A stretch of 64,000 nucleotides of DNA. Source: Actinomycetota bacterium (GTDB taxonomy: Bacteria > Actinomycetota > Acidimicrobiia > Spongiisociales > UBA4744). The notes under the pieces are model-generated. The model did no database searches. It saw nothing but the letters and a program-made list of their open reading frames with translations, and had not been told where the DNA came from. The first letter of the stretch is position 1. The number at the start of each line of letters is the position of its first letter. The DNA lies in assembly GCA_013152275.1 (NCBI GenBank), contig JAADGS010000036.1, forward strand, positions 12-64,011, written 5' to 3'. Positions 9,293 through 19,073 of the stretch are shown here, one piece after another. A program made the translations under genes and the position numbers.

Positions 9293-10104
9293 TGGCAAGC
9301 CGCGACCTGACCGTGACCTCAACGGGCGTTCCTACCGTTGACTCCTTGACGGTGACGACCGGCCTTCGTCGCTGGTTGCGCAGCTACATGATGATGTTGC
9401 GGTTCGACGTGCGCGGGCTCGGGCAGTGGCTGGCCTTCGGGTTCTTGATACAGATCCTGATGGGCGCCGGGTTGGCCGTCATGTACGGGTTCTATCTGGG
9501 AGATGTGACGCCGGTGGTCGGTACCTTCATGGCGAGCGGGGTACCGGCGATCGCCCTCATCCCGATCGGGTTCGTCATGATCCCCAACATGGTGGCCGAG
9601 CAGCGCATCTCGCAAACCTACGATTTCCTTTGGTCGCTGCCGGTTCCCAGGATGGCGGCCGCGGCATCGACCTTTACCGTCTTCACCCTGATGGCTCTGC
9701 CCGGCGTGGCGGTCGCGATGGGCGTCGGGGCCTGGAACTACGGGGTGCGGCTCTCCGTGTCGCCCATGATCGTCCCGGCGGTGCTGCTCACCTCCCTCAT
9801 GGCCACATCGGTCGGTTTCGGTATGGCCCACGGTGTCAAGAACCCGGTTGCGGTCAACTTTCTGGCCAACATGATCGTGTTCTTCGTGCTGCTGTTTACG
9901 CCGATCGTCGTGCCGATCTCCCAATTCCCGGACTGGTTGGCTTCGATCCACCGCGTTCTGCCCTTCTACCACATGGCGCAGGTGATCAGGGATGCGCTCA
10001 CCAACGGTCTCGTGGCCGATGTCGGGTTGAGTTACCTGGTGTTGGGTGCCTGGACGATCCTCGGGTGGCTCGCTACCGCCTGGGTGGTCGGACGACGCGG
10101 TTGA
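9292..10104 (+). CDS. ABC-2 family permease (paralog 2)
   Basis: TGATG overlap with paralog 1. Collinear similarity to 8501..9292 (YDFLWSLPVPR, IVPAVLLT, LPFxHMAxVxRxALTxGLV). Confidence 0.8.
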   Translation: MASRDLTVTSTGVPTVDSLTVTTGLRRWLRSYMMMLRFDVRGLGQWLAFGFLIQILMGAGLAVMYGFYLGDVTPVVGTFMASGVPAIALIPIGFVMIPNMVAEQRISQTYDFLWSLPVPRMAAAASTFTVFTLMALPGVAVAMGVGAWNYGVRLSVSPMIVPAVLLTSLMATSVGFGMAHGVKNPVAVNFLANMIVFFVLLFTPIVVPISQFPDWLASIHRVLPFYHMAQVIRDALTNGLVADVGLSYLVLGAWTILGWLATAWVVGRRG

Positions 10105-10472
10105 GGCGCCGACGGGTGGGGCTGCCGTCGGGAGCGCCCCATCCTGGAGTCACGGTCGACATCCGGAATGCATGTGGAAGCCGACGGCGTTCGCTTCACC
10201 ATCTACGCCGACCATTATCGGCCCACGACTCCCGACGAGCGACAAGCACGGCTCCTCCGGGCGGGTCCTCACCGGCCACGTCTCGACGGGGCACATAGAG
10301 GCCGGGTGCGTCGATTCGTGTACCCGGGCGATCTTGTCGGGCGACTCTGCCCGCCCTTCGGGACAGACAGCGTAGAGGTGCCCCATGCCGTGCGCGGTGA
10401 GCGATCTTGACCCGAGAAACGGCGTTGGTCCGGACATCTTCGCGGTCGTCGGCAAGGTAGAGCTCCAGGGAC

Positions 10473-10673
10473 CTACGAGCTACGCGCAGCCGGTTGCGCG
10501 ACGTCAACACTCGGTGGCGTCTTTGTCTCCGGCGAACTCCGTGGTTGCTTCTCTGCAACGGAGCCGACGGTCTCCTCGATCAGGCTCTCGGCGGCACAGC
10601 TGCTGCACAACGCCTCGTCCTCGGTGAGGATGACTGTGGCAGCGCCGCATCGGGTGCAAGGCAGATACGTCAT
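10473..10673 (-). CDS. small Cx2C-x13-Cx2C zinc-ribbon protein
   Basis: ATG 4 nt after GGAGGTGA. Sequence MTYLPCTRCGAATVILTEDEALCSSCAAES. A paralog lies at 40323..40544. Confidence 0.45.
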   Translation of the reverse strand: MTYLPCTRCGAATVILTEDEALCSSCAAESLIEETVGSVAEKQPRSSPETKTPPSVDVAQPAARSS

Positions 10674-11730
10674 GAGGTCACCTCCGTGCGCCAAGGAGAA
10701 TGTACAGGTGGGGGAGTCGACCCGAAGAGACCCTTACCGCCCGGGCGGCCTGTTTGAGTGCCGACCCAATGCCCATCATGTCGGACGTGCTGCAAGTCGA
10801 GCGCCGATGATCGGCGCCGATCCGGGTCGTGCGGAAGGAGTGGTGGTGGACGACTTTGCTCATGGTATGAAGATCGGCGGACGCCGGATCGGCCTGGAGA
10901 ATGGTTCGCGACACGTACGGGTGGACTAGTACGCAAAAGGCGTTTTGAAGTGGGCCTTTCACAAGGCGAGAAGGGTGTATCCGACATCGAAGACCGTGAG
11001 AGCTGCGATCGCTCGACTTTCGGGTGGTCGAGGATCCCTGACCGCCTGGCCCTCGGTCCGGAACCGTGCCCTCCGCCGAGAACGGTGCGAATTCGCTCTG
11101 CTCGTCGGGGATCGCCTGCCCCCGGAGAACACTCTTGGCAGATTCCTGTCTTGCCCTGTGCACGCCGAGGTAGAGGTGGTCGTAGACCGTGAGGGTCTCG
11201 GCGAGTTGCGCCGCGCCGGCCGCGCATACGAGGATTCCGGCGAGTCGCCGGCCGGCCACATCGCAGCGTTCGTGCTCACACCAATGGGCCGTTGGCATGG
11301 TCATGTCCGACCCGGCGACTCCAGAGCCGCCACGTCCACCAGGTATGTGGCAGCGACCCCGGTTGTTCGCCTCGATGTCGGCTTCGGCCAGGCCGGTCGG
11401 GGATCAGCAGCTCGTGACCTCCATCGACATCGAGCCCGACGTCGTGAACGAGACGCGGCGGCTTCTCGCCGACACTATGGCGACGTCCGGGTGCGTTGTC
11501 GTGATGGCATGGAGGGCGCTCTCGATCGCGAGTCGTCCGATCGTGTGATCGCCACGGCCGGTTGCCCTGACATGTCGTAGTGCCGGGCGGAGCAACTCGC
11601 TTCTGGCGGGATGATGCTCGATCCTTCTCGCCAGGGAGGAGCGGGCGTGACGTCTCTCGCCCGTCCGCATGCGACCGGTTCGGGGGAGCGAAGGTCTGTT
11701 TCTTCGCGTTGGTGGTGTCATCGTGATAGT

Positions 11731-11750
11731 ATTTCGGTAGTTACCGAAAT
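11731..11750. promoter_or_regulatory. perfect palindrome ATTTCGGTA-gt-TACCGAAAT, putative SdpR/ArsR operator
   Basis: 9+2+9 inverted repeat just upstream of the ArsR-family gene start. It overlaps a TAGTAT -10-like hexamer (11727-11732). Confidence 0.5.
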
Positions 11751-11753
11751 GGG

Positions 11754-12068
11754 TTGAATGTGGTGATGAACATCAATCGAACCTTGCGGGCTCTTTCGGA
11801 TCCGACGAGAAGGCGGATTCTGGATCTTCTCAAGGACGGCGACTTGACGGCCGGTGAGCTCGCGGACCATTTCGATCTGGCGAAGTCGACGATGTCCGGC
11901 CACTTCGGTGTGCTTCGGGATGCGGGATTGATCGTTTCGGAACGGAATCGCAACATGGTGGTGTACTCGATCAACACGGGTGTGTTCGAGGACGCGGCGG
12001 CTGCGGTGATCGCCTTGTTCGAGACGGGATCCGACGATCGACACCGCGAGATACCAAGGGAGGGCTGA
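11754..12068 (+). CDS. sdpR: ArsR/SmtB-family transcriptional regulator, SdpR-like
   Basis: LSDPTRRRILDLLKDGDLTAGELADHFDLAKSTMSGHFGVLRDAGLI, a winged HTH of the ArsR family. The alternative start is 11766. Confidence 0.88.
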   Translation: MNVVMNINRTLRALSDPTRRRILDLLKDGDLTAGELADHFDLAKSTMSGHFGVLRDAGLIVSERNRNMVVYSINTGVFEDAAAAVIALFETGSDDRHREIPREG

Positions 12069-12069
12069 G

Positions 12070-12762
12070 ATGTCTACACGCGCCAACAAGTGGGAGTATG
12101 TGCAGCTTGGTGTGATCGCCGCCATGTTCGTCTGGGCGGCGGTCGAGTGGTCTGCGTTGCCTGATCGTATCCCGGTGCATTGGAATGCCGCCGGGGTGGT
12201 GGACGGTTACGCGGGGAAGTTCGTCGGGCTGTTGTTGCCTCCTGTGGTCACCTTGGCGGTGTATCTGGCATTGCGTTACCTTCCTCGCATCGACCCGGTC
12301 CGTGCCAATTACGCGAGTTTCGCCGGGACCTACCTGCTGGTGCGCACAGTCGTGGTCGTCTCGATGGCGTTCAGTTTCGTGGTGGCCGTTGTGGCGATCG
12401 CCAACGAGGGGGCCGTGCCGAAGGATCGCCTGGAGGTAGGTGCGGTGGCGGTCCTGTTCGTGATCCTGGGCGGCGCGATGGGCAAGTTCCGGCCGAACTG
12501 GTTCGTGGGCATCCGGACACCGTGGACGCTGAGTTCGAAGGTGTCGTGGGTCAAGACGCATCGGGTGGGGGGCCGCGTGTTCGTCGGCGTCGGCCTGGCC
12601 ACCCTTGTTGTCGCTCTCATCAGCGGGAAAGCCGCCCTCTACACGTTGGTCGCCTTGACAGTCGTCGGGATCGTCTACCTGGTCATCTACTCATACATCG
12701 TGTGGCGGGACGACCCCGAGAAGGTGCCTGCCCAGGACACCGGTCCCGCAGACGACTCCTGA
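12070..12762 (+). CDS. sdpI: SdpI-family membrane immunity/signal protein
   Basis: Starts 2 nt after the regulator stop. N-terminal ALPDRIPVHWNAAGVVDGY (DUF1648-like), then a multi-TM SdpI-like FRPNWFVGIRTPWTLSS region. Confidence 0.8.
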   Translation: MSTRANKWEYVQLGVIAAMFVWAAVEWSALPDRIPVHWNAAGVVDGYAGKFVGLLLPPVVTLAVYLALRYLPRIDPVRANYASFAGTYLLVRTVVVVSMAFSFVVAVVAIANEGAVPKDRLEVGAVAVLFVILGGAMGKFRPNWFVGIRTPWTLSSKVSWVKTHRVGGRVFVGVGLATLVVALISGKAALYTLVALTVVGIVYLVIYSYIVWRDDPEKVPAQDTGPADDS

Positions 12763-13241
12763 CGCCAGCGAACCGTTCACACAGCCAAAGGTCCCGTTCC
12801 GACACCACACACGACGCGCCGCATCGTGGGCGCGGCCACCGGTGGCGGTGCCGGATCGAGAAGTCACCGTTCAGGCCTTCGAAAGGTCGCGAGCACTTGG
12901 GAAGGAAGCTCTCGTTCCAACACGATCAGTCGGGCGAATGGGGGCGCGATCGGGAACATGAACGAGTCTGCTCGGCTCGCCGCCCGCCATCGAGGCTATC
13001 TGGGGCTCCTCGATCTCGTTGCCGGCGGAGTTTGACCATGGAAGCGTCCTGCACGTGTCGGTCCCGTGGCTCGTCCCCTGGGGTCTTGGGGGTTCTGTTC
13101 GGGCTCTCTTCGATGCAGTTGATCGAGTTCACCCCGCGCTCATGGCGGCGATACCCGACGAGTACGCGTTCTCCGTGAGCGGGTGATCCTGAGAGAAGCC
13201 CGAGACGGGACGGTGTGGGGTGCATGGCGTCGAGCGCCATT

Positions 13242-13592
13242 TCAGTCTGCGTCCCCGAACTCGGAAAAGACAACCACTGCCTCGCGGATCACCCCGCCCT
13301 CGAGAACGAGGTATTCGGCGGTCCGGACCCGAACGCCGTCGGTCACGTTGACCCCTTCGTAGATGATGGAGGCGTCGTTGGCGCCGTACATCGCCGCGAG
13401 CATCACTACGTCCCGCCACTCGATCCCGCTCGCAGAGGCAGCGACGAAAACGTCGGGGTCGGTATAGGTCTCGATCCCCCAATCAAACCGGATCTCGTCG
13501 GCAAGACACGCACGCAGCGCCGACAGATCGCCCTCCTGCCAGGAGCGCACGTAACGGGCAATGAGGTGTTCCGTTGCCGTCGCCGAGGGCAT
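13242..13592 (-). CDS. SnoaL/NTF2-like fold protein
   Basis: MPSATATEHLIARYVRSWQEGDLSALRACLADEIRF..., about 116 aa. The longer ORF extension upstream is Arg/Pro-rich. Confidence 0.65.
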   Translation of the reverse strand: MPSATATEHLIARYVRSWQEGDLSALRACLADEIRFDWGIETYTDPDVFVAASASGIEWRDVVMLAAMYGANDASIIYEGVNVTDGVRVRTAEYLVLEGGVIREAVVVFSEFGDAD

Positions 13593-13907
13593 ATGCCCGA
13601 GCGTACCATCGACTGTCGAGGAGTGGTCAGGGTCGATCAGGACCTGCAGAACACCTGGGACGGCGCGACCGACGAGAGGCAAGAAGGCGTTCTCGTCGCA
13701 TGTCGTTGCCGGCGTCATTTGGGCCCGGCGAACAACGCAGGAGCGCCCAGGACCGGTACAGGACACAAACGCCGGCCTCGGTTCCGGTAGCCGCCGGCAA
13801 TGGCCGGCACCAGGGTCAGCCGACGGGTGGTTGCCCGGTGGGAACGCCGGATCGATGTCGCGCACCGAGGGCGGCGATTCGCGGCATCGACAGGTTGCCG
13901 GGCATCT

Positions 13908-14861
13908 TCATGTGGTGACGACGATCTTGCCTCGGGTGTGTCCGGTTTCGTAGTGGCGGTGCGCTGCGACGGTCCGGTCGAGAGGGAGCTGGAGTTCGAT
14001 GACCGATTTCAGCGATCCGGTGGCGGCGAGGTCGACGACGGGTTGAAGATCATCTCGCGGGATGCCGCCGGCCATCATGAAGTGGACCCGTCGCCTGGAG
14101 GGTCTGAGCGGGTTCAACGCCATCCCTGCGAGGACACCGGGCCTCGCAACGGTGGTCGAGTAGACGCCTCCAGGTCGCAGCGCCTCTCGGTAGGCGCCGA
14201 AGGAACCGACTGCCACCGTATCGAAGATCACGTCGTAGGCGTTTCGGCGGTCGGTCGGGTCGTTCCGCGTGTAGTCGATGACGTCGTCGGCACCCAGCGA
14301 GCGGACCAGATCCATGTTGCGTGTGCTGCACACTCCGGTCACTTTGGCGCCGTAGTGGTGGGCGAGCTGCACGGCGAACGTGCCGAGGCCTCCAGATGCT
14401 CCCACGATCAGCACCCGGCGGCCTGGCGCGAGGCTTGCGGTGGCGCGCAGGAAGATGAGCGCTCCCGAGCCTGCCCCGGCCAGCGCGGCGGCATCGACGT
14501 ACCCGATGTGGTCGGGGATCACAGTCATCGCGGTTGGCTCGACACACAGGTATTGGGCGTTGGCACCACCCGAGCGGGAGATTCCCACCACCCGATCGCC
14601 GACGCTCAACCCGCCGGCTTCGTCGCCGAGTGCCACGACCTCCCCGGCGAAGTCGAAGCCCAGGATCGAGAGTCTCGGTCGAAAGATCCCCGATAGCATT
14701 CGCCCCTTGCGTTGCCCGCTGCGGAAGATCACATCGATCGCGTTGATGGAGGTGGCGTGGATCCGCACCTTGGCGGTACTCGGCCGCGGCGACGGTTCGG
14801 GAATCTCGGTCACGTGCAGCACTTCGGGCGGTCCGAACCGTTCATACACGACTGCTTTCAT
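13908..14861 (-). CDS. NAD(P)H quinone oxidoreductase / zinc-type alcohol dehydrogenase-like (MDR)
   Basis: MKAVVYERFGPPEVL..., nucleotide-binding VLIVGASGGLGTFAVQLA. Internal ATG confirmed at 14859-14861 (CAT on the plus strand). Confidence 0.9.
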   Translation of the reverse strand: MKAVVYERFGPPEVLHVTEIPEPSPRPSTAKVRIHATSINAIDVIFRSGQRKGRMLSGIFRPRLSILGFDFAGEVVALGDEAGGLSVGDRVVGISRSGGANAQYLCVEPTAMTVIPDHIGYVDAAALAGAGSGALIFLRATASLAPGRRVLIVGASGGLGTFAVQLAHHYGAKVTGVCSTRNMDLVRSLGADDVIDYTRNDPTDRRNAYDVIFDTVAVGSFGAYREALRPGGVYSTTVARPGVLAGMALNPLRPSRRRVHFMMAGGIPRDDLQPVVDLAATGSLKSVIELQLPLDRTVAAHRHYETGHTRGKIVVTT

Positions 14862-15039
14862 GAGTGGTCTTTCCGCCACGCGGGCGAGGACGTCGCAATC
14901 GCGACTCTGCGGAGGATCTGCATGTGAGCGCCTCACTCTCCTTGGTCGGCTCGTGTGTCGTTGATCGACACCCGTTGCGCGCCCGCCCTTCGCCAGAACC
15001 GATTGCCGCAAGTTCGGCCGTGACGAGAACTCGGACCTG

Positions 15040-15423
15040 TCACGCGAGCACTCGCATCCACCAGCCAGGGTCCGTGAAGGTGAGCGTGAGTAGCCCGACG
15101 TCGATGAGGACACCCACCGCGATCCACGGGTGCCAGAACGCGACCAGCAAAAGCACCGAGGCCAGCGATCCGACGATGACCAACGGCTTCCACAGTGACC
15201 CCAAGCCCGGCACACCCCATGCGGCCAGGCTGAGACTCACGAATGCGACGGCGGCCATGAGGGCAAGCGTCACTCCGACGGCCCGGCGAATCGACGCAGG
15301 CAGGAGCCAGGATTCGTCGAGGGTGAATGGATAACTGGGGTCACTGGGGCCTGGTGTCAGATACCCGACCTGGACCAGGCCATGTCCCAACAGGCCCAGT
15401 CCGATCAGGATTCGTATGAACAT
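15040..15423 (-). CDS. small membrane protein
   Basis: MFIRILIGLGLLGHGLVQ..., about 4 TM segments. Start chosen at the internal ATG; the upstream extension is Cys/Arg-rich. Confidence 0.6.
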   Translation of the reverse strand: MFIRILIGLGLLGHGLVQVGYLTPGPSDPSYPFTLDESWLLPASIRRAVGVTLALMAAVAFVSLSLAAWGVPGLGSLWKPLVIVGSLASVLLLVAFWHPWIAVGVLIDVGLLTLTFTDPGWWMRVLA

Positions 15424-15436
15424 CGTTCTCTTTCCG

Positions 15437-15904
15437 TCAGTACGTATGCGGCGCACCACGCCGTCTCTGTGGGTGTTTCCCCAGGTCCCAGATCGCCGTG
15501 TCATACCGCCGTAAGGAGAGCACCCCTTGCAGCACGGCCAGCACGATATTGGTGAGCAGGTACGGCCATGCGAGGAACGGCAGCACCAGTAGCACCCACA
15601 GGACCGATGCGCCGACACCGATGTCCACGTAGGCGCCACGGTTCAGGATGAGGAACCCGATGATGATCTCGAACACGATGACGATGGCCATGAACAGCAC
15701 GCCGTTGGGTATGAACACGTCCCACATGAAATCTTCGAGGAACGGGAACCAGGCGCCTTGCGCGTATCCGCCCAACTCGTCCTGGTGGGGGAGCGTGTAG
15801 GCGGTGTTGAAGCCCGCGGCTGCCAGATAGGCGATGCCGATGCACCCGCGCCAGGTGTTCCAGCCGATCCCGCCGACTCTCCGCTCGTGTCCCCTCGTCG
15901 TCAT
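15437..15904 (-). CDS. membrane protein
   Basis: MTTRGHERRVGGIGWNTWRGCIGIAYLAAAGF..., 4 predicted TM segments. Lies 13 nt upstream of the next minus-strand gene. Confidence 0.6.
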   Translation of the reverse strand: MTTRGHERRVGGIGWNTWRGCIGIAYLAAAGFNTAYTLPHQDELGGYAQGAWFPFLEDFMWDVFIPNGVLFMAIVIVFEIIIGFLILNRGAYVDIGVGASVLWVLLVLPFLAWPYLLTNIVLAVLQGVLSLRRYDTAIWDLGKHPQRRRGAPHTY

Positions 15905-16288
15905 GATCCCCCCGGGTCCCTGTCCCCACTCTTGGCGGTTCACCGCGCTCCGGATGGTCGATCCCGGGCCCGGGCGGTCACTGCCAACCCGGTCTGCCGG
16001 TCTCGACCTCTCCGTCGCCGTCACAGCTCTGCACGGTGGTCCGTACGCCGGCAGTGGGGCTGAAAGCCGGTGACGTCCAGCCGCACTCACCACCATCAAG
16101 GGCACCGCGAATGTGAGTCGGATGCAACTTCTTGCATCGAAACCCACCCTACCCCGTCGCGTCTTTGCGGGGGGTCGCCTTTCTGATGCCCGAGTCGGTC
16201 GGGGAGCTGGGTGATGACGCGCCTATCTCCTGCGCTTTCGTACTGTGATCGACTCCACCGTGTGGAACGGCGCGCTACGGTGTCGGGC

Positions 16289-16771
16289 ATGTCGATGAGA
16301 GCCATCCGTCTCGCAGCCAAGGCCGTTATCGTTTCCGACGGGGCCATCTTGCTGACCCGCAACCTGCATCCTGACGATCCGGACGGCGACTTCTACCTGC
16401 TGCCGGGTGGGGGACAGCGCCACGGGGAATCGCTGACCGACTGTCTTCGTCGCGAGATCCGCGAAGAAACCGGCTACCCGCTGGTCGTCGGCGATGTGCT
16501 CTGGATCAGAGACTACATCGGTGCAAGGCACGAGTTCGCCGAGCACGAACGTGACGTCCACCAGGTCGAAGTGATGTTCTTCTGCTCGATCGATGCGACG
16601 GCCGACGTGTCCGAACCGACCGAGCCGGACCCGTGGCAGCTGTCAGTGGATTGGGTGCCGATCGGCGGCCTGTCGGACCTCCGCTTCTTCCCCGCCGCCC
16701 TCGTCCCGCACGTCGCCACCCTGGCCGCCCGCGGGCCAGATGGGCCGCACTACCTGGGTGACGTGAACTGA
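16289..16771 (+). CDS. NUDIX hydrolase
   Basis: Nudix box GGGQRHGESLTDCLRREIREETG. Confidence 0.85.
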   Translation: MSMRAIRLAAKAVIVSDGAILLTRNLHPDDPDGDFYLLPGGGQRHGESLTDCLRREIREETGYPLVVGDVLWIRDYIGARHEFAEHERDVHQVEVMFFCSIDATADVSEPTEPDPWQLSVDWVPIGGLSDLRFFPAALVPHVATLAARGPDGPHYLGDVN

Positions 16772-16915
16772 CCCGGTCGGAGCTCTCGACCCAGCACGCC
16801 GTTCTCCTTCCCGATCGACTCGCGCTGCCGTGCATACTCGGCGCGTTGCACCGGAAGTTCGTCCAGGTAGGTGTCGGCTCGTATCATCTCGGCCCGGCGG
16901 CCGCAGTGATATCAG

Positions 16916-18016
16916 GTGACGCGGCCGAGAACCATGAAATCGCCGATCACATCTACCAGGGGTTGGACCGAGCGCGTACTCGGAGAGTGGTTGCTGCTCG
17001 CGTCTGCATCGGCGCTGGTGGTCACTTCGGTCATGCTGGGCAGATGGCCGGTTGTGTCCGTGACCGAGTTCGAAGTGGTGATTCTCCTCTGGGCGTTGTT
17101 CGTGGCCATCAAAGGCCTCGAGAACGGCGGTCTCTTGCTGAGGCTGTCTCATCACATCGACAAGGGACGCTTGATACCCCTCAAGTTGGTTGCCGCCACG
17201 TTTGTCCTGTCGGCCATTGTGACCAACGATGTTGCGCTGGTTGTCGTTGTGCCGGTCACGCTGTCTCTTGGCATCAAGAAGAAAGGGACTCTTGTGGTGC
17301 TGGAGGCGCTCGCGGCGAACGCAGGCTCGGCATTGACGCCGTTCGGGAATCCTCAGAACCTCTTCATCTACTGGTTCTACGACGTTTCGTTGACGGACTT
17401 CGTTGCCTCCATCGCTCCACTTGCGTTCTTCTTGCTGGCGCTCCTTCTCATCGGGACGGTGTTCGTGAGAGCCGACACCGGCGTGAAGGTGCGCTCCGAC
17501 GCGGCCGCAATCGATCCGGCCGTGTTTCTCTATGGCGGCTTTCTGATCGTCGTGATCCTGACCGTGTTGCGCGTTCTGCCCGCAGCAGCCGGCCTGCTCG
17601 TGCTGATCTACGCGGCCGTGTTCGATCGGAAGGCACTGCGCGTCGACAACGGCCTGCTCGTCACGTTCGTCTGCCTGGCAGCCTTGGCGAACAACGTCGG
17701 TGCGCTGCTGGCAACCGATCTCCGTCATGCCGGGCACACGTTCCTGCTGGCAGCGCTTTCGAGTCAGATCATCGGCAATGTCCCGGCGACGATGCTGATC
17801 GCGAAGTTCACAACGCATTGGGAAGCGTTGCTCTGGGGCGTGAGTGTCGGCGGATTCGGGAGTCTCGTGGCCTCGTTCGCGAATCTGATCGCCTACAGGC
17901 TGTATGTGGTTGAGGAAGGCAGGAACAGGCGACTCGCTTTCACAGCCCAGTTCATGGGTGTCGGGTTCGTGATGTTTCTTGCAGGAACGGCGCTCTACTT
18001 CATCAGACAGGTGTAG
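16916..18016 (+). CDS. anion/citrate-transporter-like permease (ArsB/NhaD superfamily)
   Basis: About 10 TM segments. LTPFGNPQNLFIYW and SSQIIGNVPATML motifs typical of the CitMHS/ArsB-like fold. The start is 16916 (GTG) or 16934 (ATG). Confidence 0.75.
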   Translation: MTRPRTMKSPITSTRGWTERVLGEWLLLASASALVVTSVMLGRWPVVSVTEFEVVILLWALFVAIKGLENGGLLLRLSHHIDKGRLIPLKLVAATFVLSAIVTNDVALVVVVPVTLSLGIKKKGTLVVLEALAANAGSALTPFGNPQNLFIYWFYDVSLTDFVASIAPLAFFLLALLLIGTVFVRADTGVKVRSDAAAIDPAVFLYGGFLIVVILTVLRVLPAAAGLLVLIYAAVFDRKALRVDNGLLVTFVCLAALANNVGALLATDLRHAGHTFLLAALSSQIIGNVPATMLIAKFTTHWEALLWGVSVGGFGSLVASFANLIAYRLYVVEEGRNRRLAFTAQFMGVGFVMFLAGTALYFIRQV

Positions 18017-18141
18017 TTCGCGGATCGGGCCGGGATGTGCCTGTCTGCGAAGAGAGGGGACGGCGGTTCTCCGGCCGGGACGCCAACGCACCGGCAGTCA
18101 CGAGAACGAGTGCTCACGAGTCGCGGGCAGTCGCCCGATTC

Positions 18142-18711
18142 TCAGGGCGCCGGTGACGTCACGGGTTCGACGGTGACCGTGTGGATGCACTCGCGTCCCC
18201 GGGCCTTGAGACATTCATCCGTGGAGGGAGTCAGCTCATAGGTCAGGCCCAGGGCAGCGAGCCAGCCGGTCATTCGTGCGAAGATGCCACATCCGAATCC
18301 ACTGGTCACACCCGCTCGAGAAGCATTGTCATACGCGAAGCAACGCTGGACACTCAGTGCAAACGCATCGTCCCCAACCTTCGCCAGGTCGTATTCGAGC
18401 AGGTCGGGCCCGAGCAGTCCGATGAGGGTTTCTTGCGCCAAAAGGCACTCGTCGACGTCGGTCACCGGTGGGAGACGCAAGGCGCGGGCGATCCGGCGAG
18501 CCTCTGCCTTGCCGACCTCGTGGGCGGCGATGCGGTTGAGGCGGTTCGCGACCTGCAGGCCGCACTCTGCAGCAACCGCCATGTACCAGCGTGCGTCGTG
18601 TGACATCCAACACTTCACGAGCAGCGTTTCGCGTTCGGCCGGTGTCAGCCGGACGAGGATCTCGTCCGCCTTCTCGCTCAGGGCCTGCCTCAGATCGTAT
18701 CGAGCGTCCAT
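18142..18711 (-). CDS. hypothetical cytosolic protein
   Basis: ATG after GGAGGAG. MDARYDLRQALSEKADEILVRLTPAERETLLVKCWMSHDARWYM.... Plausible composition; several Cys in the C-terminal half (CFAYD, GCGIFARM, ECLKARGRECIH). I cannot name a family with confidence. Confidence 0.55.
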   Translation of the reverse strand: MDARYDLRQALSEKADEILVRLTPAERETLLVKCWMSHDARWYMAVAAECGLQVANRLNRIAAHEVGKAEARRIARALRLPPVTDVDECLLAQETLIGLLGPDLLEYDLAKVGDDAFALSVQRCFAYDNASRAGVTSGFGCGIFARMTGWLAALGLTYELTPSTDECLKARGRECIHTVTVEPVTSPAP

Positions 18712-19073
18712 CGGCTCTCCTCCGGTTGGGTGCTCCGCCCATGCTGACACACGAGGGTCGTCGAGGGCGGACCAATCGCGAGGCCGCACGGATTCTCTCG
18801 CTCCGAGTACCGATCGTCCTCTTCGTCGGAGCCTTGGCGGCTTGACGCCACGGTCACGGCGGCCTGGCTCTCGCGGCACACGAGCCGACGGTTCCGAACA
18901 GGTTCTCTGTGAGATGGGTGGGGCAGGAAGGCCGATGGTCATTCCTGCTCGTCGGGACGCCAGGGCAATGGAGACTGGCGGTTGTCCGGAAACCGTCTGA
19001 TCCCGGCTCTTCTCGACCCGTCCGCGCGGGTATGTCGGAGAGCGGAGAAGCCCCGCCGCTTCGTTGTGTTTGC

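Noticed and set aside
10150-10455. 101-aa minus ORF with HESTH (HExxH-like) and its plus-strand mirror 10168..10410
   Set aside because: The two ORFs are shadow frames of each other. A codon-position GC count over 60 nt does not discriminate between them. I recognised no further metalloprotease context, so the region is left uncalled.
12763-13241. Possible gene in the gap after sdpI (ORFs 12926..13273 minus and 12826..13035 plus)
   Set aside because: Only a short protein-like patch (ERGVNSINCIEES) appears before the frames turn Arg-rich. No start or SD, and no family, could be supported.
16643-18091. 482-aa minus-strand ORF
   Set aside because: It is antisense to a well-supported permease gene. 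The translation is Arg/His/Gln/Pro-rich, as expected for a shadow ORF in high-GC DNA.
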